Of a stretch of DNA of 64,000 nucleotides, positions 47,560-59,992 are shown piece after piece. The DNA lies in the NCBI RefSeq assembly GCF_964213995.1, contig NC_135808.1:101990001-102054000 (forward strand), written 5' to 3'. The notes under the pieces are model-generated. The model was not told the origin of the DNA, searched no databases, and saw only the letters and a program-made list of their open reading frames with translations. This stretch comes from Mustelus asterias. Taxonomy: Eukaryota. The position numbers and the translations under genes are program-made. Numbering within the stretch: position 1 is the first letter of the stretch; every line of letters begins with the position of its first letter.

Positions 47560-47860
47560 TTGCCATTCTGGGATCTGTGGAGGTGAGGGGGTGTTGCTGT
47601 GGGTCTGCGGGGGAGGTATGAGGAATGTATGGTGCTGGGGGGCTGTAGGGGGGTATGGGGAGTGTGTGTTGCTCGGGGTCCATGGGGGGCGGGTATGAGG
47701 AGTGTGTAGTGCTTGGGGTCCAGGGGGGGTATGTGGAGTGTCTGGCGTTGGGGGTCCATGGGGAGTTTTGGGGAGTGTGTGGTGCTGGGGGGCTATGGAG
47801 GGGTATGAGGAGTGTGTGATGCTGGGGGGCTGTGGGGTATGGGGAGTGTGCATTGCCAGG
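47560..47860 (+). repeat. G-rich degenerate tandem repeat
   Basis: Recurrent GGTGCTGGGGGGCT...GGGTATG(A/G)GGAGTGTG units of ~35-40 bp. Confidence 0.75.
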
Positions 47861-47929
47861 CTGGGGGCAAGCACAGTTCTTTAACCTCTCCATCTGTCTC
47901 TGGCCAGGAGAAGGAGGGAGTGGAGACGC

Positions 47930-49620
47930 CGGCACACGAGTGTCCTTTGAGAACTGCCGGACATCGCTGTCAACGGCTCAGGCTCCGGCTCTGAAACGAG
48001 ACAGTGCGACACCTGTGCCATTCGTTGCAGGACCTGGGGCATGGGGAGGCACTCACTCCTGGTGGCTGGGAAGGTGACAGCCGTCTTAAACTTTTACACC
48101 ACTGGGTCCTTCCAGACCACCAGTGAAGACCTTTGCGGCATTTCCCAATCATCCATCCACAAGTGTGTCAAGGAGGTCATGGATGCCTTGTATGGCCGGG
48201 CTGGCCAGTATATTAAATGTGACCTGGACCAGGCCCGGCAGGAAGACTAGGCTGCAGGTTTTGCAGCCATCGTGGAGATGTCAAATGTCAGAAGACTATA
48301 GGCTGTACCCACATATCCATCAAGGCCGTGGTGAAGAAACCAGGAAGATTCATGAACAGAAAGGGCTTCCACTCAATAAATGTACAATTGGTGTGTGACC
48401 ATCAGCTGAATATCATGCACGTCTACACCAGGCACCCTGGCAGCGTCCATGACAACTTCATATTGAGGAGGTCTGATATCCTGGAGGATAAGTAGAAAGG
48501 GTCGAGAGCTTCATGTTTTTAGGTGTCCAGATCACCAACAACCTGTCCTGGTCCCCCCATGCCGACACTATAGTTAAGAAAGCCCACCAAAGCCTTTACT
48601 TTCTCAGAAGACTAAGGAAATTTGGCATGTTAGCTATGACTCTCACCAACTTTTACAGATGCACCATAGAAAGCATTCTTTCTGGTTGTATCTCAGCTTG
48701 GTATGGCTCCTGCTCTGCCCAAGACTGCAAGGAACTACAAAAGGTCGTGAATGTAGCCCAATCCATCACGCAAACCAGCCTCCCATCCATTGATTCTGTC
48801 TATACTTCCCACTGCCTCGGCAAAGCAGCCAGCATAATTAAGGACCCCCATGCACCCCAGACATTCTCTCTTCCACCTTCTTCCTTCGGGAAAAAGATAC
48901 AAAAGTCTGAGGTCATGTACCAACCAACTCAAGAACAGCTTCTTCCCTGCTGCTGTCAGACTTTTGAATGGACTTACCTTGCATTAAGTTGATCTTTCTC
49001 TACGTCCAAGCTATGACTCTCTGTACTCTCTTGTTTCCTTCTCTATGAACGGTGTGTTTTGTCTGTATAGCGTGCAAGAAACAATACTTTTCACTGTATG
49101 TTAATACATGTGACAATAATAAATCAAATCAAATCAAATCAAAGGTCTATGAGGAGGAGCCTAGGGTGCAGGGATGGCTTGTGGGGGACATGGGGTATTC
49201 ACTTCGAACTTGGCTGATGACGCCCGTGCGGAGGCCTGAGACTGATGAGGAAACCGAGATAATGAGGCCCACATTGTCACCCGTTCAATAATGGAGAGGT
49301 GCATAGGGCTTTTCGAAATGCAGTTCATGTACCTGGACCGCTCTGGTGGGGCCCTACAATATAGCCCCCTGATATCATCCCGCATTGTGGTGATATGCTG
49401 TGCCCTACACAAACTGGCGAAGCAGCGAGGAGACCTTTCGGAGGAGGAGAACGTGGAGGCCGTCCAGCTGGACATCATTGGGGAGGAAGCCGCCCAACAG
49501 GAGGAGGAAGAGGAGGAGGATGCAGATGACAAGGTACACCACGCAGGCGCTGGTGGGCTGGCAGCAGCAAAGGTCAGGCATGCGAGGGCGGTGAGGAAGA
49601 CCCTGACCACTGCGTGCTTT
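47930..49620 (+). pseudogene. Harbinger (HARBI1-like) DDE transposase, disrupted
   Basis: [56 protein letters not shown]; stop, frameshifts and a LINE insertion. Confidence 0.88.
48489..49143 (+). mobile_element. Rex1/Babar LINE 3' fragment inserted in the transposase
   Basis: Homologous to 4505-5160; (AAATC)n tail. Confidence 0.9.
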
Positions 49621-50414
49621 TGGTCTCTAGGGGCCTGTGTTGCCGCACGTGTTCCATCCCCACCCTGCCATGGAGTCCTACAATCTCCTGCAACATCTCC
49701 CACACCAGAGTGGTGGGCCTGGGTATGCTGTGTTAGTGAGTTTCTGTGGTAGGCAGGAGGGTAATGATGACTTGCTTTGCGCCATTGTGATGATGCCCTA
49801 TTGCAAACTAGTCTGACTCCTACTAGAGCTCCGCAGGCACGCTGGCACCTGGGCCCACATTTGGGTGGTGTGTAAAGGAGCAGCAAACACCCATGCAGGG
49901 CCCTGCGGCGGGTGGGTTGGGGGAGGGAGGGAATCACTTGTGGGTTCTTGGGATGCCATGGCAGATGCTGTAAGTCACTGCCAATTCATGCCATCCGCTG
50001 TAGCCAGTGAATTATTTGAGTGCCTTGATTTTCTCAGTAGCAGTGCGTTGAGGGGCTTCCTCCACTGACACCAACATGCTGGATCCCTCCGGCAACCATT
50101 GGGGTTAGCACATCCCTGTTAGAGGCTAATTAGAGACAAGTTAGTCACAGTGTGGGGTGAAATAACATTTATTGTAGGCAATAATAGTGCTTTCGAAATA
50201 AGTGATAACATAAAAACATGTGAATGTGAGACTTTAAAGTGTCTAAATATTCTATCTACCTCGTGTTGCCCTTCACCCGTGCCATCTTAGTGCCGCTACA
50301 ACTTCTTACCTTACATGGCCTACCACTACATCTCGGTGTCTTCCCAGGATGTACATCAGAGAAGGAGGTGGCCAGCTGCCTACCTTGCCCTGTTGCCTGT
50401 GATGCGCTTGGCAA

Positions 50415-52303
50415 TCATCCTCTGGAGACCCTGGACCTTGAGGGCCCTGGCTGGCTTCCAGGTGTCAGGGACGTATCCATGACACCCTCTTCATCGCGCT
50501 GCCCCTGAGATGCGCTGGTGTCAGAGGGGGGTGAGTCAGAAGGTGTAGCCACAGCTGCAGTTTCCTGGTTGGAAGGCCCCTGCACGGGCTCGAGCCCTTC
50601 CTCCTCCCTCGGGGTTCCCGTGGGCCCCTGGGTCATTCCATGAGACGGCGGTGCTTCTGCAGTGAGCTCCTGAAACTCCGGCATCACCTGACCCTGCAGG
50701 TCCTGGAGGACGACCTGCATCCTACCCATGGTGGTCAAGCCTTTTGCGATGGCCCTCTGAGCCGGGGGCCACCTGTCAATGGCAGCAGCAAATGCCCTCT
50801 GAAACTGGCCCACGCTCTGCAGCCCCAGAGCCATGACCCTCTGTGACTGGGCCACATCCTCAAAGGCTGCAACTATAGCCCACTGTTTCTCAACGCCGTC
50901 CCTCTGGGTCTCGTGCAAGCTCTGCAGCCTCTCAGCCACAGGTCGCAGAATCTTGAGAAGTCTGTTGAGGCCCTCAGCTGTGGCCTGTTGTAACTCGGCC
51001 TTGTCCTCTGGGACTCCGCTGTGGCCTGCTGTGACTTGGCCATTGCTTGGATCCTGCCACTCATGGTGAGGGTTCCCTGCCCCAGGTTTTCCACCATGGA
51101 GGCCACTCTTGCAGTATTGGCCTGAGAAACACACAGTTCAGACAATAGCTGGTCCACCTGAAAGCTTTGGGACTCCTCCCAACAGCCTTACAGTTGGTCC
51201 AGTGTGGCCATCAGCCCCTTCTGTATTCCCTGGCTCTGTTGCTGCATCTCCAGCAGCTGAGGAAGAAGTGATCGCAGAGGCCCAGCATGTAGCCTGGGAC
51301 CAGCTGAGTCCCTGCCTCCAGCAGGCCCCCGCGTGCCAGATGCCTCGGACGTTCCCTCCTTCACTCAATGTACATCAGCAGATGTGTCATGCTCACCAAA
51401 GAGTGACCCAGATGCCTCACCACTAACTTGACCCACTGATATGAGAGTCTCTGGCTTGGTGAGTTGCGAGGTGGAAGCTGACACAAAACTGGTGCCAGCC
51501 TCAGAGGTCCCTTCATCTGCTTCCTCCAAGGAATCTTCTGAGCTCTTCAGGGGCAGGTTGGGTGGGAGCAGTAGTGGGGGCCATGATGCCAGATGGCCCA
51601 GGCGCATCGGAGTCCCTTCTGGCAACACAGGACACAAGGTTAAGTGCAAGGGGAGAGAGAGGAATCTGGGCTGCATGCAACTTACTTCAGATATCTCCGA
51701 CAAGTGGAGGATTGGCAGGTGCTCACTTCTATGCTCCAGCCCGACCATGCTGTCACTGATGGCCCACATGCCCGCCTCTCCCGCAAGCTCCAGTGCCCAC
51801 TCCTCAAAGAGGGTGAGGAACCGGATCTCAGGCACACCATCCCCTGTCTTCACCCTCTCCAACCAAGATTGGATATTCTTCTCCTATAGGGACAGAAGGA
51901 GCTATGTAAAATCTGATGGCACGAGTCCTGCAGGGTTTCAGAGGGTGGCCCTCAGAGGGCAAGGGTTGTGATACTCTTGGGTGAGAGAAGGGCGGTGATT
52001 GGGGATCAGGGGCTGAGAGCATGCAGGGTGCTGGGGGTGGGGGGATCGGAGGGGGAAGATGTTAGATGAGGTAAAACACTTACCCTTGCTGCCTGAATGA
52101 GGTCATTCTGTTTCTTGCGGCACTGCTTCCCGATTCTCCTGACGAGTGCCCTGGCACTAAGATACATGGCCGCAGCCTCCCAGGCTGCGTTTCCATCCCT
52201 TCCTGGGGGGGAAGAGGGTGTCCCGCCTTGCCTCCACTGCCTCTAGCAACCTGGCAAAATCAGCATTGGAAAATTGGCGGCCTGTCTTCCTCGAGGCCAT
52301 CAT
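50415..52303 (-). pseudogene. Harbinger Myb/SANT-like gene, spliced, frameshifted
   Basis: Exon 1 52303-52084 (FSNADFARLLEAVEARRDTLFP...AWEAAA...QCRKKQNDL, GTAAGT donor); exon 2 51883-51727; exon 3 from 51618; coiled-coil-like 3' part. Confidence 0.75.
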
Positions 52304-54013
52304 CCTGCACTGCCTGCCTGTCTGTCCATCTTTGGGGTATCTACAGTGCTCTCCCTTGTTAGGGCAGATCAGCTGCAGGCAGTTTGGGCAAGTCACGTGA
52401 CCGTTAGTGCATTCCAGCGAGTTTAGTGCAGTTTGCCTTGTTACCATGGAAGGGAAGCCAAGTCAGCACTTACAGGTGTGCTGATGGAGGAGAACGGGAC
52501 TTGTGCCGCTGTGATGATTGGAGCATGGGAGAGAGAGGGTCATGTCAGTCAGCCATTGGGGCAAGGGGGGTGATGAGGGGGCCATGTGAAAGGGGCTTTG
52601 GAGGGCATGTTGTGGGGGGGGGGGGGTGGGCGTAAGGGTTACCGTAATGCTGGGGGGGGGGGCTTTGATGTCCGTGGGTGGGAGGTGGAGGCTGTATCTG
52701 GCCCAGGGGGGGTTCTGTCAGCAGAGCTGTGTTTGTTTTCTGCTTTTCCTGCACATGTGCAGTTTGTGGCTCTGATCTGAGCTGCTGGCTCTCTGGTGAA
52801 TTAGGCCCCACCCACTGCCTCTAACAGCTAGAAGCGGTCTAACCCATACTTTCAAAGACTGAGTGCATATGATTGGGAGTGAAAACTCGCCCGAAAAATG
52901 GATCAGTAACTCTCCCGTTTTCATGCGAGCTGGGCACTCAGAAAAAATCTCGTAAAATTCCGCCTCTACTCTCTCCTCCACCAATCCCGCCCTGCCTTCC
53001 CCCTCCTCCCCCAACCCCCAAGGTAATGCTCTTATAAATGCTCCAAGTCAGGAGAAGTTAAAGTTTAGTATACAAAGCAGTGACTAATGTGCAAATCTGG
53101 CCAGTTATTTAGAACTAAACTCAAATTGTGCTTTCTTAAGTTATATGTGAGCTTTTCTTCCCCCGTTCAACCAGGTTTTGAAATGGAACTCTGTTTCTGA
53201 GCCAAGATTTCATTTTCCCAACCATGTTTTGTGACAGGAATAGCAATTTTAATGGTTAAAACTCTTCCTAAATTCTATGAAGCACTATTCACTTAATCCC
53301 TTCGAAGGTTAGTCAAATGTTTGGCTATAGCGTGTGAGGGAAAGGCAGAATTGGTATTTATGCTCAGAAAAGGATATGTAGAGAGGAAGCTCTTGTTGGT
53401 GACTAATAGATTATAAGCACTTGTGTTGATTACCAAAACCCACAGGCAGATCAGTTAAGAATTCTGGTTATAGAAAAACCAGAAAATCCTTCAAGCAAAT
53501 GGGAGACAAGTTAAAGGCAATCAGAAACTTGAAAAAAGCCATTTCAAAATTGGAATTATAAAAGAAAACTGGAAAACAAAACGCTCATTTTCCACTGTTT
53601 TCCATACTCACAGTTAATGTTGCTTTCTGCAGGGTAACTGATATTTAGTAGGTGACAAGTAAGCCTGGAGTTGCATGTTTAAGTATGAAGAATGTCAAAG
53701 TAATGGGGAAGATTTCCAGCATGGGTTTCTACCATGCTGAAGGCAGGTGTCTATGAATTAACTGATGCTGCTGCTTACTTCAAAGCAGCTGAAGGCTGAG
53801 TATCCAAAACCATTTTGGAGAAGCAATGGGAAGTTTATCAGTGCTCTGTGCTGGTAAAGATGGTAATTCTTGACGGTAAGTGTATCAAAGCTGAGCTCAA
53901 AACTAATCTCATCCCTACGCTTGCAATTCATGCCAAGACTCACTCAATGCAGTAAGACTCATTCGATACAATCAAGGGCAGGATTCGTTCCAAAGATTTT
54001 TTTGGGATGGTTT

Positions 54014-54168
54014 TGTTATATGTTTAAGTGGTTGCATGATTGCTTTAAAAGCTGGTCACATGATTTGACAATGACATCATTGGTATGTTTCCTGATTTAG
54101 TTTAATTTTCTACAGTACACAGTCAACATCTATAATCTGTCGTTAGTTCCAATCTACGTGTACAAACA
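54014..54168 (+). mobile_element. LTR homologous to 58624-58787
   Basis: Shares TTTAAGT.GTTGCATGATTGCTTTAA...GTCACATGATTTGA and ACAGTCAACATCT. Confidence 0.7.
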
Positions 54169-54505
54169 TTTTACGGCCTCACTCTTCCCGAAACCGTAAA
54201 ATTCTGCCCGAGGTCAATGGACCTCCCCATTGTCCGCCCGTCGCCCGCTCCAATTCCCATTGCAGGCAAGGCGGTAAAATTCCAGCCCACAGCTTTATTA
54301 TTTTTGCTTAAAACCCACAGCCCCTAACAAAGGACATTACAAAAAGAAAATGGGTAACGAATCAGGATTTTGTTTTGTCGAGAACATATCGGGAAAAGAT
54401 CCGAAAAAAAACATTGTGAGTCCTCACACTTCGAATATTAGAAAGCTGGGGAGGAACAACAAAAGAATTAAAGATTGAAGTGCCAGTGAAGGAAGAACAA
54501 GTAAG

Positions 54506-54825
54506 GGGCGGCACAGTGGCACAGTGGTTCGCACTGCTGCTTCAATGCCAGGGACCCAGGTTCAATACCAGCCTCGGGTGACTCTGTGTGGAGCTTGCAC
54601 ATTCTCCCGTGTCTGTGTGGGTTTCCTCTGGGTGCTCCAGTTTCCTCCCACACTGCAAAGATGTGCGGGTTAGGTTTGTTTGGCTATGCTAAATTGACCC
54701 TAGTGTCAGGGAGACTAGCAGGGTAAATATGTGGGGTTACGGGGAGAGGGCCTGGGTGGGATTATTGTCGGTGTAGACTCAATGGCCAAATGGCTTCCTT
54801 CTGCACTGTAAGGATTCTATGATTC
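54506..54825 (+). mobile_element. HE1-like SINE (type 1 tail)
   Basis: tRNA head plus CR1-like tail. Confidence 0.88.
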
Positions 54826-55258
54826 CAACAAAAGCTGAAAGCATCTTCCTTTAAAACCAGCTGATTTTATTATTATTTTAAGGACCTACAAAAAGAGATC
54901 ATGCTGTTGAAAGGTTACATCATGACTGACATAGAGTTGAGTGGACAAACTGTTCTATTGGGATAGCTTGATCTTGGTTTCAGATAAAGCTCGGCACAAC
55001 ATCGTGGGCCGAAGGGCCTGTTCGGTGCTGTACTGTTCTATGTTCTATGTTCTAAACAGCAGAGATACCTCTCCATGTGGTCCATGGTAATTTTTAAAGT
55101 TCTTCTTGCACAATCATGCGGTTGGAGAAGATAAAGCTTAATTGGAGTGTTGCCAACAGATTTGTCAATGCCAAAGCAGACCTACAGCATCTCCTGGATA
55201 AATACAAGAGTGTATTCAAAGAGACACATGGCTGAACGAAGGGAGTTCAAGTGAAACT

Positions 55259-55615
55259 GGGCGGCACGGTAGCACAGTGGTTAGCACTGCTGCTTCACAG
55301 CTCCAGGGTCCCGGGTTCGATTCCCGGCTCAGGTCACTGTCTGTGTGGAGTTTGCACATTCTCCTCGTGTCTGCGTGGGTTTCCTCCGGGTGCTCCGGTT
55401 TTCTCCCACAATCCAAAGATGAGCGGGTTAGGATGATTGGCCAGGTTAAAAATTGCCCCTTAGAGTCCTGAGATGCGTAGGTTAGCAGGATTAGCGGGTA
55501 AATATGTGGGGGAAGGGCCTGGGTGGGATTGTGGTCGGTGCAGACTCGATGGGCCGAATGGCCTCCTTCTGCACTGTAGGGTTTCTATGATTTCTATGAT
55601 TTTCTATGATTTCTA
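55259..55615 (+). mobile_element. HE1-like SINE, young, inserted in Gypsy pol
   Basis: Intact A/B boxes (GGTTCGATTCCC), (ATTTCTATG)n tail, TSD TGAAACT. Confidence 0.92.
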
Positions 55616-56449
55616 TGAAACTCAAGATAAAGCCTATAGTCAACCAAAAAGTCTTAAAGCAAGAGCGGTGCCATATGCAATTCATTCCAACTTCAAAGAA
55701 GAATTAGAACGACTTGAACACTGGTGTGTTCGAACCGGTTACAATCAGTGACTGGGCTACTCCCATCGTACCTGTCATGAAACCAAATGGTTCAGTTCGT
55801 ATTTGTGGTAATTTTAAAACAGTCATAAATCCAGATCAATATCCACTTCCTTTAATTGAAGATTTGTTTGCTGGGCTATCAGGTGGACAGAAATCCAGCA
55901 AGATTGAAATTTCACAAGCATATTTACAGATGAATGTAGCCACTGAATCTCAACCATTGCTTATTATCATTACACATAAAGGTCTTTTTTGTTACAAAAG
56001 ATGACCTTTTGGAATAAAATTCACACCAGCCCTATTCCAAAGATAGATGGATCAGATTTTAAGTGGTCTCTCTGGTGTACAATGTTACCTGGATGATATT
56101 CTAATTACATGGTCCAATGAACAAGAATGCTTGAATAATTTAGAAGCAATATTGGAACATCTTCAAGCACATGGTCTGTGTTTCAAGAAAGAAAAGTGTG
56201 AAATTTTCCAGATGTCAGGTCAGTATTTGGGTCACATTATTGATAGTAAAGGCCTACATAAAGTGTCTAAAAAGATGGTAGCCATTTCAGAAGCACCATG
56301 TCTGACGAATGTCCTTATTAAGGTCCTTTTTAGGATTAGTAAATTATTATTGCAAATTTGTTCCTAACTTAGTTACATTATTAAAGCATAATTTATTATG
56401 TGTGAAACAGTAATGAGACTGAACAACATAAAGCATACAAGGATGTCTC

Positions 56450-56746
56450 TGTGCCATTCAATTGATCCACCTTATCACCAATATCATGTCACAGCACTCG
56501 AACATCATCAAGAGACTTAAGACATGGTTAGGAACAAACGTTATTTATTGATAAGAGAAACTAGGTACAGGAGTTACAGCTCTAGACAGCCATAAAGTTG
56601 GGCACTAGTCTTTAAGATGCTAATTATATGACTGCTAGATGTATTCTGCTCAAGAGAGGACTCCACCCTATAGGTTGACCACTCATTCAGTTCCCATTGG
56701 TCCTTCAAGTCATGTATCCCACTTCTGCTTCAAGACATACACCACA
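56450..56746 (-). mobile_element. Probable solo LTR inserted in Gypsy pol
   Basis: Minus strand starts TGTGGTG like the other solo LTRs; AATAAA at ~56545; interrupts pol; left end uncertain. Confidence 0.5.
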
Positions 56747-59707
56747 TGCACCAACAAGAAAGCGTACAAGGCTGTGAAAGATGCTTTGCAGAAGTCTGAA
56801 GCATTGGTCTATTTTAGTCTGAAGCTACCATTACTGCTTGCTTGTGACACTTCACCTTATGGAGTGGGGGCAGTCATTTCACATATTATGACTTGAGTAT
56901 ATAATGCTATACAATGAGTATAATTTTTGATGTAAGAAGGTTTCATCATTATTTATATGGTGCTCATTTCACATTATTGACTGATCAGCAATGCTCAACC
57001 ACCATTTTTGGGCTATATAAAGGCAGACAATTGTTAGCTGCTAGCCGATTGCCAAGGTGGTCACTGGTCTTATCTGCACACTCCTACGATATAAAGTGTA
57101 ATCAATCAGAGTGCCATACTAATGCAGATGTATTAACACTCTTATCTTTATCTATTGAGCAGATGCCACCAACTAATTTAGCTAAAATTCTTTATTTTTT
57201 GCTCATTCATCATTTGCCTGTAACATTTTCTCAAGTTCAGAGACATATCAGAAATGATCCAGTGATGAGGAAGGTGATGGATATGGTATTGAAAGGAACA
57301 ACAGCTGGAACACATCATATGCATCCTGATTTGATACTGTATGTGTCAAGGAAGCTTGAGTTGACCGTCCAAGGTGAGTGTCTACTGAGAGGAATCACTG
57401 TGATCATGCCTCCTAGTCTATGTGGATGAATTCTTGAACAAATACACGAAGGATATCCTGGGATTGTCCAGATGGAGGAAGTAGCATTTGGTTACTTTTG
57501 GTGGCTGGGTCTGGATCCCAGATTGAAGAAAAAGTGGGACAGTGTCAATCCTGTGCACAAATAAGAAATACACCAACATTGTTTCCTTTACACACTCGGG
57601 AGTGGCCTAAAATGCCATGGTAATGTATGTAGATTTTTCTTGTCCATTTGGGGGTTACATGTTCTTATTCATAATTGAGGCATACTCAAAGTGGCCAGAA
57701 TTTGTCATCATGGGGTCTACTATAACTGAACAAGCCATTGAAAAACTTGACAAAATCTTTGCAAGATTGGGTAAACTGGAACAAATTATTAGTGATAATG
57801 GTTCACAGTTTACTTCACAAGAGTTTGAGGATTATCTCAAAGCAAATAGTATTCAGCATATAAAATCTGCACCTTATCATCTATCAACTGATGGATTACC
57901 TGAAAGATTCATACAAGCATTAAAACATTCTTTAAAAGCTTCACAATATTCGTTATCACATTGTGAGAATAGCTTTTTGGTATCTTATAGAAACTATACT
58001 CATGCGACTACCCAAAGTTCACCTGTATACTACTCATAAAGAGAAAGGTGAGAACTATGTTTGCTTTATTATCTCCAGAAATTTCAGAGATAGTAAAGCA
58101 TTAACAACAATCGCAAGTTGCTAGACAAGAGGTGGGGGCAAAACAACACTAATTTCAACATGGAGATTGAGTGTTAGCACATAACTATGCCATGAGTGAG
58201 AAATAGGTATCAGCTAAAGTTTTAGCAAAACAGGTCCAATTTCTTACACGGTTCAAACTGAAGATGAACTAGATTGATGATGCCATGTTGGCTAGTTGTT
58301 GTCATCTCAAAATGATTTCTCAGAACCATCTCCAGAAATACCAATTTCTTTAGTCCCTAGAGATGTGAATGCAGAATGTGAGAATGATGCAGAATTAGTT
58401 TCAAGAAAGAAGTGTCTACTGAAGTTCCAAATCACACTTCTAGGGTCAAGGACAACCAAATTCCAGAACGTTGTATACAACCAAAGAGGAGTAGACATCC
58501 TCCTGATTGACTTTCCTATTGGCTGTGTATGATTAATGGTGCATAATACTGGTCTAGAGTACTTCTGATCCTATAACATCATAGTAATTTATTATCATGG
58601 CCACAGAAGTAAAGGGGGAGGGATCTTATATATTTAAGTAGTTGCATGATTGCTTTAAGAGACAGTCACATGATTTGATATTGATGTAATTGGGGTGTTT
58701 CACAGGCTTCATTTTCCATCCTGTACAGTCAACATCTCCTACAATAAGCCTGTTGTTGTTATTTTGAATATACATGTGCAAACCACATCTTTTCCTTTTT
58801 TGTTTAAAGCCCCCAACCCGTAACATAGTTAGGACATTACAGTTTTACAACAGGGATGATCCGACACAAATGCAGCTTGTTATTGTTGAATAGCCTTTCC
58901 TTAGCCCAGGAATAATGAGTTCCAGTGTTGTGCAGCTTCTTCATTCCTGCTTGAAACATAAAGGAACCCTCAACTATGCAATTCTGTTAGTGCAAAGAAG
59001 GAGGAATCATAATGATTTCTGAGTTCATCATTGCATTACTAACAGTTAGTATTGCATTTGAACACTAACGTGCATAGTATAATATTAGTCACATTACCAA
59101 GAATTGAATGTTACATATGAAACTTGTTAGTTTTTGGCTAGATACATGCATTGTAGAAGCAAATTTATATTCAACCGCTTAACTTTATCGTTCTTGATCT
59201 TGCAGACAGCAAGGATTTTAAAAATAACATTTGTAGGACCTTAACTTAATTTCTGACCAAAGTAAACTAAACACAATGCAAGAAATTGAACTATCTGACA
59301 CCTGGTTTTGGGGAGTTACAAGTTCCCCATGGGCTCCAAAATGGCACACATGCAAATTGCAAAACAAAATAATCTACAATATCTATATTGTAATCTAACA
59401 TTCGGAATTAACATGAAGTGAATATGAACTAACAGGAAAGCTGTGGTTAAACACACCGCACTGCATATTGAACGGCAAATGAGACCAAGATAAATCCCAT
59501 TGATTTCTCAGAATTCACCCAGGCGTAAGTGATGACTGTGAGTCATAAAATCTTGTTAAACTCTGTCTCCCTCATGAGACCTTTCAACTCTTTAATTCTG
59601 AATTCCCTCAAAACCTGCTCCAACCTGGATTGCGTCAGCAAGCATATTAGGAGCAAATTGCACCAGATGTCATATTGATTCAGGCATCAGTGTGTGCACA
59701 GTGTCAG

Positions 59708-59992
59708 AATCATAGAATCACAAAATTGCTACAGCATTGAAGGGGACTATTCAGCTTGTTGGGTCTGTGATAGCTCTCTGAATGAGCAATGCACCTATTG
59801 CCAGCCCTCCATTCCTCCCATAACCCTGCACATTCTTCCTTGTTGGATGATAATCCAATGCCCTCACAAATGTCTCGCTTGAATCTGTATCCACCACAGT
59901 CTCAGGCAGAGCATTCTAACAACTTACAGTGTGAAAAAGATTTTCTTCATGGCCCCATTGTTGTTTTTACCAATTACCTTAAATCTGTGACC
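59708..59992 (-). mobile_element. Old CR1 3' fragment
   Basis: GHRFKVIGK...KKIFFT; CR1-like tail. Confidence 0.7.

Larger units (their letters stand above)
47460..52964. mobile_element. PIF/Harbinger transposon with convergent transposase and Myb/SANT-like genes
   Basis: Transposase on plus, Myb-like gene on minus, right TIR GTAAAATTCCGCC at ~52952-52964; left end not located. Confidence 0.8.
55090..58787 (+). mobile_element. Degenerate Ty3/Gypsy (Mag/K02A2.6-like) pol plus 3' LTR
   Basis: WATPIVPVMKPNGSVRICG, YLDDILI, LACDTSPYGVGAV, ISDNGSQFTS, APYHLSTDGLPERF; PPT AAAGGGGGAGGGA at 58611-58623; LTR 58624-58787. Confidence 0.9.

Noticed and set aside
47560-47860. CRISPR-like array, or Pro/His-rich ORFs 47459-47935
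   Set aside because: Degenerate G-rich minisatellite without unique spacers or cas genes in eukaryotic DNA; the ORFs are low-complexity artefacts.
49161-49937. 258-aa minus-strand ORF
   Set aside because: Antisense to the GC-rich transposase 3' end with no recognisable domain.
47930-52303. Host genes HARBI1/NAIF1
   Set aside because: Stops, frameshifts, a LINE insertion and a TIR indicate a decayed transposon.
55259-55335. tRNA gene (A/B boxes)
   Set aside because: It is the head of a multi-copy SINE with body, tail and TSD; the same applies to the other tRNA-like heads.
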